Assembly: GCA_000002445.1 (NCBI GenBank) | Contig: CH464491.1 | Coordinates: 3,584,001-3,648,000 of the forward strand | DNA from: Trypanosoma brucei | Lineage: Eukaryota | Direction: 5' to 3' | DNA length: 64,000 nt | Part shown: positions 53,001 to 62,837 of the stretch, piece after piece | Layout of the letters: each line of letters begins with the position of its first letter | Position numbering within the stretch: the stretch's first letter is position 1 | Notes under the pieces: model-generated | Database searches by the model: none | Told to the model about the DNA's origin: nothing | The model's input: the letters and a program-made list of their open reading frames with translations, nothing else | Translations under genes and position numbers: made by a program

Positions 53001-53303
53001 ATCAATAAGCAGGTGGTGGCGAACAACCGCCGCCTACAGGACCAGGCCGCCCAGTTTCAGGATATTATTTCTCAAGAACAAGAAAAACAGAAGTCTATCG
53101 TAAAGAAGGTTAAAGCCGCAAGAAAAGACGCCCAAAAAGCAGCGCAACGGTACGATGAGATGATTCTGGAGAATGAGTCACTGTTGTCCAAGCTGGAGGA
53201 GTTGAAGGTGAACTCTATGCGTATTTTCTTGGAAAAACAGGAGGCACAAAGGGAGCTGGACGCGTTACGTCCGTCACGAGTCGCCGCGACGCGGCGTCTC
53301 TGA
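50034..53303 (+). CDS. Kinesin with an N-terminal motor domain plus a long coiled-coil stalk
   Basis: P-loop GQSGSGKTHTM. Switch I is NDNSSRSHS. Switch II is LVDLAGSE. There is about 700 aa of coiled coil after it. The track ORF starts 26 codons upstream at 49956, but the motor begins at MSKKHQGAENIRVVIRCR, so I take the ATG at 50034 as the likelier start. Confidence 0.9.
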   Translation: MSKKHQGAENIRVVIRCRNLLGFETERGDKALVRLDLATNQVIVQHPIGDADVFAFDAVYNNTYTQRDLFLQEVQPLVEAVLQGYNATVFAYGQSGSGKTHTMTGKLNDQEMWGMMPQVVNHLFNEIKKLTSATRTYKVKVSYIELYNGKSRDLLSAKQGNLEIKQNMAKNFYVKGAEMPEVTNFGEALRWFNAGTDRRQTASTDLNDNSSRSHSLFTLQVEQFDFEQDPSAPIVLTSKINLVDLAGSEKLSKTNATGETAKEGCNINLSLSALATVIDTIVKGGKHIPYRGSPLTMLLKDSLGGNAKTVMFANIGPSDKNISETISTLRFALRAKEIENKPIKNLDPKDARIQDLLDQIADLKSRMGDVDLNKEDQLKQRIEELEIENADLRGGSDKNNLELEENCRNLQAQLEKVNEALVEKQKEVAKEVDARAMVEWNLQNETSHVQDLRSVAINFIRRVCSESQLKDIRAKMPQDGSYNVKDETWDVKEIRFCLDEFTAMYESMRTSSYTREDLEQYAQKAAVSLQEQAQRQLHEAVRSRDELARQRQEDSAKRAAESELLSQLKVEVNSLKDENAKLRDKIERDQERIKAKVAKSKEEYKTVAEQLERTKSVVTEKERDIERLKKMLEESGSSTPGNTQSAWATSEERANLLRMLEEEKNARKDLESCVRETNVSLRRYGVCISQSKAPATSEGESAAENAEAFILQAASEEPIDGDLYSQFQQQIRVMQRLTQLRHQQQKKLGDMVKKYELLKTGKVTSNHVAPPGAAAQGGGVDETTAQQIKELLRKKDDEIERITQEKEKTCDKIVKKLNKSEMKIRELETALEEERAQFTEERQVLDSENQELQKFNQQLSVEVEMLRAQLNVVKEEMSSLERAKAAELERWKEEEEDYNTRINEMRSSMSAYDELQKSYDRLQQQLQHAEAALKEKTDNLENNRQIIKWSNSLLSAEKEKVEQMEMMMKRQEEEMRRHEEQLRSEMVDEINKQVVANNRRLQDQAAQFQDIISQEQEKQKSIVKKVKAARKDAQKAAQRYDEMILENESLLSKLEELKVNSMRIFLEKQEAQRELDALRPSRVAATRRL

Positions 53304-53479
53304 TAGTGAAGTAAAATAACTTACGTGGGTGGAGTGCATATGTGGGAGGCCACGCCTACACCAGCACACGCACACACGTACACACGCACAAACACATGTG
53401 ATTGCACATTTAATATGTTCCGTACACTCAAATGTACTTAGTATATGTTTAGGTGTATCTAACCTATGTGTACATATAA

Positions 53480-53500
53480 GTGTGTGTGTGTGTGTGTGTG
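53480..53500. repeat. (GT)10 microsatellite
   Basis: Read directly in the kinesin 3' flank. There is also CA-rich sequence at 53350-53400. Confidence 0.9.
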
Positions 53501-53895
53501 CATTAGTAGAGTTGGGTAGCTGCTTACAGCTCCGATATTGGTGTTTATTTTTCCTGCCTGCTACTTCGGTGTGTCTGGTTATAAGTGGTACCGAGGTGGT
53601 GAGGCAAGTGCCGACTTGTTGAGTTGTATGAGGAGAAACAGTGTTATGATATTGTGCTATTGGAAAGATAATAACAGTGACAAGATACATTTTGCTGTTG
53701 CGGATTGCTTTCCCCCCCTCTTTTTTCCCTCTCTAACGATTTTCCTTTTTTTCTTTTTGCTGGCGGGGGCATGTGAGTTCCCTTCAAGAACTTGTGTGCG
53801 CATTCCAGTGAGTGCTCTTTCTTCACTCTCATCTGATATTGTCACCATTTCTACACGCTCGTTCTCTACTATTTTTCCCCGTATGTCATTAGCAA

Positions 53896-54576
53896 ATGGT
53901 GCGGGACACGAGTCGACATGTGTCTGTTGTAAAATCCAGACCAACCAAGGAGGCGGTGAAGGAGCAGGAAACAGCTTTGAAGCGCAGTAAGCGCAGCAAA
54001 TTCACACCGAAATCTTCCCACAGTAAAGGGAACCCTATCCACAGAACGTTGAAGTATCATGAGAAGAAGCTCCTCCGCAAGCATGATTTCATGCAATACC
54101 CGCAAGACAATTGGCACGAGCCCTTCTGTATTACAAAATATCATTTAGAGGATCGTGAAGATTACCGCCGTTACCTGCGTCTAGTGGGACTCATTCGACA
54201 ACTGTTGACACATCTTCGCTACCTCCCAGCTGATAGTAAGATACGGATACAAATAACGCAACAGATTCTGGACAAACTTTATGCTATGGGTTTGATTAAC
54301 GAAAAACTTGGACTTGCTGAGGTTGACAAGGTCGGTGTCGAAGTATTTTGTAAGCGGCGGCTTCCAACAGTTCTCCGTGATCTTAACATGGCTCCTAACT
54401 GCAAGATTGCGGCAGATTTTGTGCATCATGGCCATGTGAGAGTAGGAACTTCTCAAATTAGGGACCCCGCGTTTCTTGTTCCAAGAGACTTGGAGGATTA
54501 CGTCACGTGGATGCCCGGTTCAAAGGTGAAGCAACACGTGGACACATTTAACGTACAGCGGGACGATTACGAGTAA
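53896..54576 (+). CDS. IMP3: U3 snoRNP protein Imp3 (ribosomal protein S4/S9-family, S4 RNA-binding domain)
   Basis: LKYHEKKLLRKHDFMQY matches the Imp3 N-terminal motif. The S4 domain is RRLPTVLRDLNMAPNCKIAADFVHHGHVRVGTSQIRDPAFLV. An ~45-aa basic N-terminal extension precedes it. Confidence 0.85.
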   Translation: MVRDTSRHVSVVKSRPTKEAVKEQETALKRSKRSKFTPKSSHSKGNPIHRTLKYHEKKLLRKHDFMQYPQDNWHEPFCITKYHLEDREDYRRYLRLVGLIRQLLTHLRYLPADSKIRIQITQQILDKLYAMGLINEKLGLAEVDKVGVEVFCKRRLPTVLRDLNMAPNCKIAADFVHHGHVRVGTSQIRDPAFLVPRDLEDYVTWMPGSKVKQHVDTFNVQRDDYE

Positions 54577-55115
54577 CACCCGCAACTCTGGGGCGCATGG
54601 ATATTTTTCAACACTTGCGTCTTGGATATATATATATATATATATTATAATTCTGTTAAACACCGAGAGTGAAATTACAAAAGGGGAGCTCACGGAAGTT
54701 AATACGTTCCTCTACCTTTGTACATGTTATTGGTCAGTTCTTGCTGCTACCAATAAAACAAAAACAAGAGTTGTGCGTGCACATTTTGTGTGTCTGTGTG
54801 TAACACTGACAATTTATGTTTTAGTTTGTGTATGATTATTTCCTCTCTTTCTCCGCTTTTTTTTTGATTCTTTTTTATTCCTCCCATTGTTATTATTTCT
54901 TTAGAAGGGAGAAAACTTCGCAACTACTTTAAGGAAGAGTTGGAAGTCGGCTTCAGCTGACTCTAACGGCTGCATACTTGCCCTGGCGCCTTCATCGATT
55001 GAAAAGAAAGTAGAAAGGACGCGGAAAGGAGGCGAGACTTGGAGAGGAAGAGGAAAAAAAAAAGAAAACCACATTTTTCGTTTGTTTAGTCCCGTAAACT
55101 TAAACTGTTATCACC

Positions 55116-55766
55116 ATGTCCACTGACCGTTCATCTCGTCGCAAGGAAATGGACTTCATGAAACTCATGAATGGTCCGCGAAAGGTGCACCCATCGGACT
55201 CCGTCTCCGAGTTTTGGGTGGAGTTTTGTGGTCCTGAGGGAACTCCATACGAAGATGGCGTATGGTACATCCACGTGCAACTTCCCGCAGAGTATCCCTT
55301 CAAATCTCCATCCATCGGTTTTAGCAATCGTATTTTCCATCCAAATGTGGATGAGTCGAGCGGTTCTGTTTGCCTCGATGTAATTAACCAAACATGGACA
55401 CCGATGTATGAACTTCACAACATTTTTGATGTGTTCCTCCCGCAGCTGCTACGGTACCCTAATGCCTCTGATCCCTTAAACTCTGCGGCTGCAAGTAAGT
55501 TAATTCACGACCCTATTGGCTACGTTACATTTGTGCAAGATCACGTAGCGGAGTATGCAACACGGAGGGTTGCACTGCAAAGTATTCCTTCAGGTTTCCG
55601 GCCTCAGGGTAACGGCGCGTCCTCAGCAGCGGAGGTTAAAAATAACATATCCAGTGAGGAGGATTCCACCGCTACTCCTAAAGGACTGACAGAAATCACA
55701 ACTCCGCATGTTGTAAGTGAAGGAGGGGAGGAAGAGGAGTATGAACCTGACGCAATTGACATCTAA
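55116..55766 (+). CDS. ubiquitin-conjugating enzyme E2, UBE2H-like
   Basis: [41 protein letters not shown]…[16 protein letters not shown] is near-identical in pattern to the UBE2H/UBC8 core, with the HPN motif and active-site Cys. There is an acidic C-terminal extension. Confidence 0.9.
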   Translation: MSTDRSSRRKEMDFMKLMNGPRKVHPSDSVSEFWVEFCGPEGTPYEDGVWYIHVQLPAEYPFKSPSIGFSNRIFHPNVDESSGSVCLDVINQTWTPMYELHNIFDVFLPQLLRYPNASDPLNSAAASKLIHDPIGYVTFVQDHVAEYATRRVALQSIPSGFRPQGNGASSAAEVKNNISSEEDSTATPKGLTEITTPHVVSEGGEEEEYEPDAIDI

Positions 55767-56399
55767 GCAGTGGGGGATATATTTATATATTTCTATATTT
55801 CTATATTTGTATATGTGAGAGAACGTATGAAAGTTGAGGGAAGCGGAGGGAGCGAAGGGAGGGGAGGAAAAGAAAAAAAAAGAAGAGCAAAACAAGGATA
55901 AGGGGGGAATCGCTTTTCTTTTTCTTTTTTGTGTTTTATTTATTTATTTTTCCAGATGACCATACAGACATCACATCTACCCGGAGTGAAGTTAGAATTC
56001 AGTGAAGATAAACCCTTATGCAATTTCCTCTATAGGTGGATGCATATGCATAAGAGAATATATACGCGTACATCTATGTATCGGCTAATTAGCGCAGTCA
56101 CCCCGTCAAAGGGGAATAAAGAAAAGTGAAAGGAAAGATGTGAGGAAAAAGTTAAGCAAGGGAGATAAAGTATTAGACAAATAAAGGAGAAGGGGGAGGT
56201 GGAAAAGAAAAAAAAACAAAGGAAGTGGAATATTTGTCGGTCGAAGTGCTTTCTTTTGCCTCTTTTTTTTTGTGTGTTATTTAGGGAAACTCGCAGCCAC
56301 ACTCATTTCTTAGTTGCATGGTCCTTTGTATGTACACATATTTTTTAACAGCACTCGAATGCCATGTTCAACTTGCTTTTTTTTCTTCTCTCCTTGCCT

Positions 56400-57215
56400 A
56401 TTTCACACTTTCATTGTTTTTGTTCTCGTCTGTTTGTTTGACTGTTTCTGATTGCTTTTGATGCGTCGTTGTCGCCAATCAGCACTATTTCTCTATGCCT
56501 TTTTTCTTTCTTTCTTTCTCTTTCTCTTTCTCTTTCTTATATTCCGTTTCTTTTCTGTTTGCTTGTTGTTTTTTCCTCAAGTTATTGTTGCTGTTCCAGT
56601 TCTTCACCTAACTTCCCTTCTTCACTCTTGTTTTTGTTAGGAACTCGAGTCTTTTTTTTTCTTGACATTATGTGATGCTTTCCCCCTCTCGTTTTTTTTG
56701 TGAAGTATCTCATCATTCTCAGTTCTTCTTTTTTTCTTTTTTTTATTCCTCCCCATTTATTTAATTTGTTTGCGTTTTTAGTTTTAGTTTCGGTTTTTTT
56801 CCTTTCTTTTTTTTCTTTTTTTCTTTTTTTCTTTTTACTGTTGTTTGTTTATACTCCTTCTCTTGGTCTTTGTTATTATTGTTCAAGTTGGGACCTGCGT
56901 GCCACTCTACACGTTGGGGCACTGCCTTTAGCGCCTCCCGGCACGTTATATACAGATTTTTTTAAAAATTTCGTGTGTGTTTAAAGAACAGAAAAGAAAG
57001 AAAAAAGGCGGAGGGAGAGGGGATAGACGCCTTTAAGTTCCCCCCTCCCCCCGCAAAAAAAAAAAGGAAAAAGGGAAAAAGAAAAAAAAGAAAAAGGAAA
57101 AAAAAAGGAAAAGTTAACAAAATGTTAAAAAAAAAAGTGAAATCGAAATTTGATGTGTTTATCAGTATGCAGAGGGAGGGAAAAAGTGGAGAAACCGAAG
57201 GGAAAATAAGGATCC
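56400..57215. repeat. Strand-asymmetric low-complexity block. It is about 480 bp C/T-rich, then about 230 bp A/G-rich.
   Basis: 56400-56880 is almost purely pyrimidine on the plus strand (ttcttt, tctc repeats). 56985-57215 is almost purely purine (aaagaaaaaaggaaaaag…). TA-rich (tatataaa)n sits at 57224-57270 and (tttg)4 at 57271-57287. Confidence 0.85.
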
Positions 57216-58848
57216 ACACACACATATATATATATATAAATATATAAATATATAAATATATAAAAATATATTTGTTTGTTTGTTTGTGTCGGGCATAAGA
57301 GAAGGGGACGGAATGGAAAAGAAAGAGGAGTATCGTTTTTTTAAATTTATGATCCCATTGTTTTTTTTTCATATTATTTTCCCTCTTTTCCTCCGTTTCT
57401 TCGTTACTTTCCTTTCCACTCCTTCGTGTTAGTGTGGAATATTGTTCAGAACTCCAATGATCCACTTTCTCGTTTTCTTTCGTTCTCCGAGCAAAATTAT
57501 CCCCCCTCCCCATTTTTTTTTTCACTTCACCACAGATTCCAGTCTAAACTCTTTCACCTGTGGCTGGATGCTTTCCAATTTATACGGTTGTGCTTTGCTT
57601 TGCTTTTTTTCTTTATTTGAGTGGCGTCTCGATGCTTATCTTTTTTTTTTATCTGATATGCAACCCATTCTCTTTTTCTATCCTCTCTTTGCGATACCAT
57701 TCCACTTGACAGAGTACAATACATTTTGTGGCACCAGGGTAATTAAATACCCCAAGGAAAGGAGGAAAAAGAATTAATGCATTGAAAGGACCATTGTGTG
57801 CGCTGTGCTCGGTTGCGAGATGAAAGTTTTCTTTTTTTCTTTTTTTTTTAAAAATGCTGCAGCCGCTAGCAACAAGTGATGGGATGCGGGTGACTCCCCG
57901 AAAGCATCACATCTCGGTAAAGCAACCACTCCGGAATTATATGGAAAAAAAATATATAAATATATATATGTGTGCGCGCTTGTGTACACGTGCCCTTCGT
58001 AGTTAAAAATATATGGACAGCAACTTCATGTGTATGCGTGCCGTGCAGGGGGAAAAAGTCGTACAACGTTCCGGAGTGTTATGTTGTCGTGTTTCAAAAT
58101 TAATAATTGGCGTGTTGCGATTCGGTAACTTCATTCGGAAATTATGATACCAGGCGTTTTTTTTTCTCTGTTGTGAGGAGAGGTGGTCTTCTCTATTGCT
58201 GCTTTCCTGATGGCTCTAGTCGTCTGCATGGTGGGATTTCATTTCTCGTTAAGCGACATTGTTGTGTGATAGTCTCATGCTGCTCTCCACTCTCAGCTGT
58301 TATATGGTGTTTTACAGGATTCTCTTCTGTCACATCTCAGGCATCGAATTTTGGGTTAGTTTAATTGTTCTTTTTTGTGATCTCGAGAAGTATCACATTT
58401 GAGGGGCGTCCAGTAGGAGGAGGTGTTGCCTGTTGGAGGCGAAAGGTTCTTATTGCAAAATGGAAATTTATTGCAGTTCGTCGGTGGAAATGCGGTGAAT
58501 CTTGAAGAGGAAAAATTTGTATTGCCCTTTCTTTTTTTCTTTTTTTTTTTGAAAAATGCTCGCGTTTGCGCTGGATGATATGGGCTTCTTGGTTCCTGGT
58601 TCTTGGTGCTGTCGATGTTTGTTTTTGTTGTTTAGTTGGGGGTGACTGACCGTTCCGGTATCCGACTTCAATTTACTTCGTTGTGAGCTGCACACTCAGC
58701 AACTGTTTTGACTCCTCCCTTCCATTTCAGCATCTGTACACATACAGTTTCCCTCCTCTTTATCTGATTTAAACGGACCGGTGGAAACGCTGAATAACAA
58801 AGTGTGGAGAGTAGGCTATTACTTGCGGCCTTAGTTTACCATCGAAAC

Positions 58849-59664
58849 ATGCATTCGTCACCAGCGACGAGTCAAGATGGTTTCTTGTTGGACTTTAGTT
58901 TGTACCGTGTCGCGAAGTACATTCGTTTATTAGGCTACAACGCGGTGTGCGACAGTCAGCTGTTCCGAAGGGATATGGTGAACAGGGCCGTGAAGGACAA
59001 CTTAGTGCTAGTTACCTCAAGCTGCGCTTTAATCGAACAGGCTAAGGCTCATAATAGAACTGTGCAGAAGCACCGCAGCGTCATTGGCGGGGGGAAAACT
59101 GTTGTGGCATACGACTCGGATGGCGAATCTATTTACTCTGAGGGCGACGACGATATGAGAGAAATTACGTTTTATGAACTCGCGCACCCCACTGCGGACA
59201 ACTTTTTCACACTGATGGTGGATGCTATTCGGACGCTCGGCCTACTTTATCGCAGGGATCGTATCTTTTCGCGCTGTGTCATGTGTAATGAGGTGCTCGT
59301 TGAAGTAGTTAAAGAGGATGTCAAGGAAGACGTCCATCCAAAGGTATACGAAGTCTATGATGCATTCACTCGCTGCCCTGCATGTAGGAAGGTTTTTTGG
59401 GGAGTTGACAATGGTAAGGTCATCAATTACACGGCTTTCCGCACTCTAGAGACGCTACAACGCCTCTTTGAAGCCGCAATGGGGCCTGATCTACGACCAC
59501 CACGCATTTCTCATCTTTGTTATTTTCGTTCTTTCCCCAGGCGGGTGCATTCAACTGTATTTTCTTACCTCTCCGATGCTGACCTGCGGGTTTTGTCAGT
59601 TGTAGTACCAAAACTTAAGGATCTATCCGACGCTGTGAAGAAGCGGTCCCAGTCGGTTCGGTGA
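58849..59664 (+). CDS. Mut7-C (PIN-like) ribonuclease-domain protein with a C-terminal zinc ribbon
   Basis: The track ORF starts on GTG at 58804, and the first ATG is at 58849. FLLDFSLYRVAKYIRLLGYNAV…LVLVTSS fits the Mut7-C/DUF82 N-terminal core. RCVMCN…CPACRK is the C-terminal Zn ribbon. Confidence 0.75.
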   Translation: MHSSPATSQDGFLLDFSLYRVAKYIRLLGYNAVCDSQLFRRDMVNRAVKDNLVLVTSSCALIEQAKAHNRTVQKHRSVIGGGKTVVAYDSDGESIYSEGDDDMREITFYELAHPTADNFFTLMVDAIRTLGLLYRRDRIFSRCVMCNEVLVEVVKEDVKEDVHPKVYEVYDAFTRCPACRKVFWGVDNGKVINYTAFRTLETLQRLFEAAMGPDLRPPRISHLCYFRSFPRRVHSTVFSYLSDADLRVLSVVVPKLKDLSDAVKKRSQSVR

Positions 59665-59915
59665 CACGAAGTGAATGACTTCTTCGTCTTTTTGGTCCTT
59701 CCCATGTTCTGGGCATTGGGATGTTTTTTTTTTTTTTTGCGGTTTACCTGTATCCAAACACTCATTGTACCGGTCTCTTGCTCCTTACAATGTAATGCCA
59801 ACTTGTGTGGTCGCCATCTTTTGTTTCATTTGTTTGCTTTTCCCTCTCCTCTCCTTTTCTTTCTGTTTTTTTTTGTTTTTACACCCGTGCGCGCTATTGT
59901 ATGCCTTCAACATAG

Positions 59916-60299
59916 ATGAGTGTTAGGAAGCCTATAACGCCGTTGGATGTTCTTCGCAACTGTCGCGCCAAAGTAGTTTCTGTTGAGCTGGCGGGCGGTG
60001 AAACCATCAATGGCACGGTTGTGCGCGTGGACCGGGCGATGAATATGGTTTTGAAGCAGTGCATTCGGACATCAGCTGATGGTGAAGCGTTTTGGCGCTC
60101 ACGTGAGTCCCTCATCCGCGGTGCGAGTGTTAGAAACGTTCGTATGGATGAACGGGCTGTGATAATTGCGGATGCTCAGCTTCGTGAGGTCACAAGCAAG
60201 AGCAAGAACAAGAACAGGGTCAAGGCTAAGAGCAACGATAAGCAGCAGGGGGAAAGGAAAGCTACGTTGAGCGGTGAAAAGCGTAACCGCGGGAAGTAA
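59916..60299 (+). CDS. Sm-like protein (Sm fold, SmD1-like pattern) with a lysine-rich C-terminal tail
   Basis: The Sm1 motif is VVSVELAGGETINGTVVRVDRAMNMVL. The Sm2 motif is ESLIRGASVRNV. The C-terminus is K/N-rich. Confidence 0.7.
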   Translation: MSVRKPITPLDVLRNCRAKVVSVELAGGETINGTVVRVDRAMNMVLKQCIRTSADGEAFWRSRESLIRGASVRNVRMDERAVIIADAQLREVTSKSKNKNRVKAKSNDKQQGERKATLSGEKRNRGK

Positions 60300-60728
60300 A
60301 GCATTTTCCCGTCGTGGTACTTACGGGATCGATCCCCAATCAACTTCATTAGCGTCCGCCGTGCCCATGAAAACCCAAGCGGCGTCTCCCCATATCTTCA
60401 GCAGTCGCGTATTTTGAATTCTCAGTGCGCTCAGTGTGGTGAGGTATCGGTTGTGGAGAGACAGAAGCCATAGGAACGAGAGGTATGCCTTCGTATTGTA
60501 TTGTTCTTTTTCCCCCTTGAACATCCAGTGTGTACTATACTGGGTGGTGCAACCTTTTTTTTTTTGTTGTAGGGGGTTTCGTGAATGACATTGTTTACTC
60601 TAACTGCTGTCTTTGTGTTTCTCGCCTTTGGTGACTGGATTGCGTGTCGCTTTGACTTTTTTCTTTTTCTTTTTTGAAGCATGAGTGTTACGCTTGTCCA
60701 TAGTTGTTTAGATAGCTGAAATCGTGAT

Positions 60729-62267
60729 ATGGATTCAAAGGGACGCGGTTCCAAGGCCAACGCACTTGGGTGCGCGAACGTTGTGGGCACCGCAGCAAAT
60801 GCGGTCACCAACAATAACGGCAGTAACAGCAACCAACACCCTTATGCCCGACGTCATGTGAACAACAGCGGGGGTGCCTTTGTGAATGCCTTTCTTGCCT
60901 CCCCCACTTCTTTGTATAACACCCCGCAGCCCGTTGATCCCTATCGCCAGGCACTATCTAATCCATTTCCGTCGGCACCTTACACAACTGTGGGGCATTT
61001 ATTCATGAGTAGTGCCGTCAGGAATGCTCGGCCTAATGTATCCTTTCGGTCACGCTCTCCAGCTCGGAACACCACTGTTGTTACGAGCCCCAAGTTCGCT
61101 CACTACACCACCATATACAACATCGAGAACGAGGCGAGCCCCAGCAGCATGAACCCTAAGGTAAGAACGCAGGTTTATCAGACAACAACGAGAATGGCGG
61201 GGACTAGCATGGCCCTCAGGCGTCTCGTTAAGATGTCTACCACCGCGGAGGAATGCGCTGCTGTCAGCGAGTTGTTTCGGCAATATCGTCATCCTAATTT
61301 AGTTCCTCTGACCAATGTCTTGGTAACAGACGAATTTGTAATGGGAAGTGCCGACGTCATCATGGAGTATAAGTTCATAACAGGTGCGAAAAGTTTGAAT
61401 GAGGCTTTCATCAACGAGGGGAAGGCAACGGAGGGACTTTTATGGTCCTTTGCTTGTCAGATGGTTAGCCTCATGCGTGCGTTTCACGAGACGTCTACAC
61501 CACTGCGCGGTCTCCACTGGACAAAGATACTTTTTGTTCCGGTATCTTCCCGATTTTACTTCAGTGGTGTAGGGTTTATGGATGTCATGGAGCCGAAGGG
61601 ATCTGCGCACCAGTCGGCGGCTTTAATGAAGCATGATATTCAGTCTCTGGGGTTGCTCCTTCTCCAACTTTCTACGGGGAATAGCAACGCCAAACCTGAA
61701 GACTTTACCGCTCAACCTGCGAAGGGCTACTCAGGCATCTTTTGGTTGCTCGTAAAGGCATGCATAGACGGCACCGCAGATGTGGTAACTTTGTGCCGTG
61801 CTTTGGGGGAACGAATGTCGATGGAGGTTGCACATCAAGAGGGGCATGCAGATCGCTTGATTTCGCAGTGCGGAAAGGAAGCTCACAATGGTCGGATCAT
61901 GCGGCTGATGATCAAACTCAATTTCGTGCTTGAGTCCCTCCATGACTTTCCCGAACACAGCGCGGAAGCCAACAATCGTTATGCGCTTCGCCTCTTCAGT
62001 CAATACGTGTTCAACCAAGTTGACGAGCGACATCGGACGCGTTTGGATTGGGGGCATGTATTTCATTCTTTAAATAAGCTTGACTGTGGATCTGAGGAGT
62101 TGGTGCAATTAATTGGAAATGACGAAAGTAACACAATCCTAGTCATTTCGTACCGTGATCTGAGAGACACACTCGAAAGAGCCTTTGAACAACTTCAGCC
62201 CCCTCCGAACGAGGGGGACGTGCAACCCTTCACAGTTACGGTGGGAACGACATCGGCAACGTTGTAA
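60729..62267 (+). CDS. PAN3-like pseudokinase (poly(A) nuclease PAN2-PAN3 subunit). The assignment is tentative.
   Basis: The N-terminal region is low-complexity N/S/P-rich. The central region has a kinase-like fold (RHPNLVPL…MEYKFITGAKSL) but lacks a canonical catalytic loop. The C-terminal knob-like segment is WGHVFHSLNKLDCGSEELVQLIGNDESNTILVISYRDLRDTLERAFEQL, reminiscent of PAN3. Confidence 0.55.
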   Translation: MDSKGRGSKANALGCANVVGTAANAVTNNNGSNSNQHPYARRHVNNSGGAFVNAFLASPTSLYNTPQPVDPYRQALSNPFPSAPYTTVGHLFMSSAVRNARPNVSFRSRSPARNTTVVTSPKFAHYTTIYNIENEASPSSMNPKVRTQVYQTTTRMAGTSMALRRLVKMSTTAEECAAVSELFRQYRHPNLVPLTNVLVTDEFVMGSADVIMEYKFITGAKSLNEAFINEGKATEGLLWSFACQMVSLMRAFHETSTPLRGLHWTKILFVPVSSRFYFSGVGFMDVMEPKGSAHQSAALMKHDIQSLGLLLLQLSTGNSNAKPEDFTAQPAKGYSGIFWLLVKACIDGTADVVTLCRALGERMSMEVAHQEGHADRLISQCGKEAHNGRIMRLMIKLNFVLESLHDFPEHSAEANNRYALRLFSQYVFNQVDERHRTRLDWGHVFHSLNKLDCGSEELVQLIGNDESNTILVISYRDLRDTLERAFEQLQPPPNEGDVQPFTVTVGTTSATL

Positions 62268-62837
62268 TCAATGCGTTCATACGTTCGGGTTGTGCGGTGG
62301 ACCAAAAGGTGCATGCGCGACAACATGAGGTCCAGGTATGAGAAGGGAGTATTTTTGTTCCTTTTCTGCCCCTTCTGCTTTTCCTCCTTCCCCCCTTCCT
62401 TTGTTACGTGGGGTTAACATTAACCCATTTTATATGCCGTTGAGTCTGAGGTGTCCGCTGGGCCCGTTCTTCTTTGTGGATTCTGACGATAATTCTTCTT
62501 TCTTTTTTCTCCCCTTCACTTTCCTTTTTTTTTCACTTTTTTTAGGTTTGTCGGGTTGATAGCAACTCCAGGAACAAAGGTGGAAGGGGACTTGCTTAGC
62601 GTCCTTGTTGCGTCAGACGGGAGGTGTATAGTTTGTCTCGTTCTTCTTTTTGCTTTAGCTCTGAAGGGGAGGTCTTGTCCTAAACAAAATAAAATAAAGG
62701 GAGGTCAGTTGTTGCCTGTCAGACACACGGTAACCATTTAGGATCCTCCTCAGTTATTAGGGCCAGGTGTGAGTTGCATAGACGCTCCCAAATACGCATA
62801 CGCGTTTAAACTTAACACAGCAGAAAGGGAATTAACC

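Noticed and set aside
52404-53026. Minus-strand ORFs (190 aa and 79 aa) rich in Leu, His and Gln inside the kinesin coiled-coil region.
   Set aside because: Reverse-complement reading of a GAG/CAG/AAG-rich coiled-coil coding sequence. It is a classic artefact.
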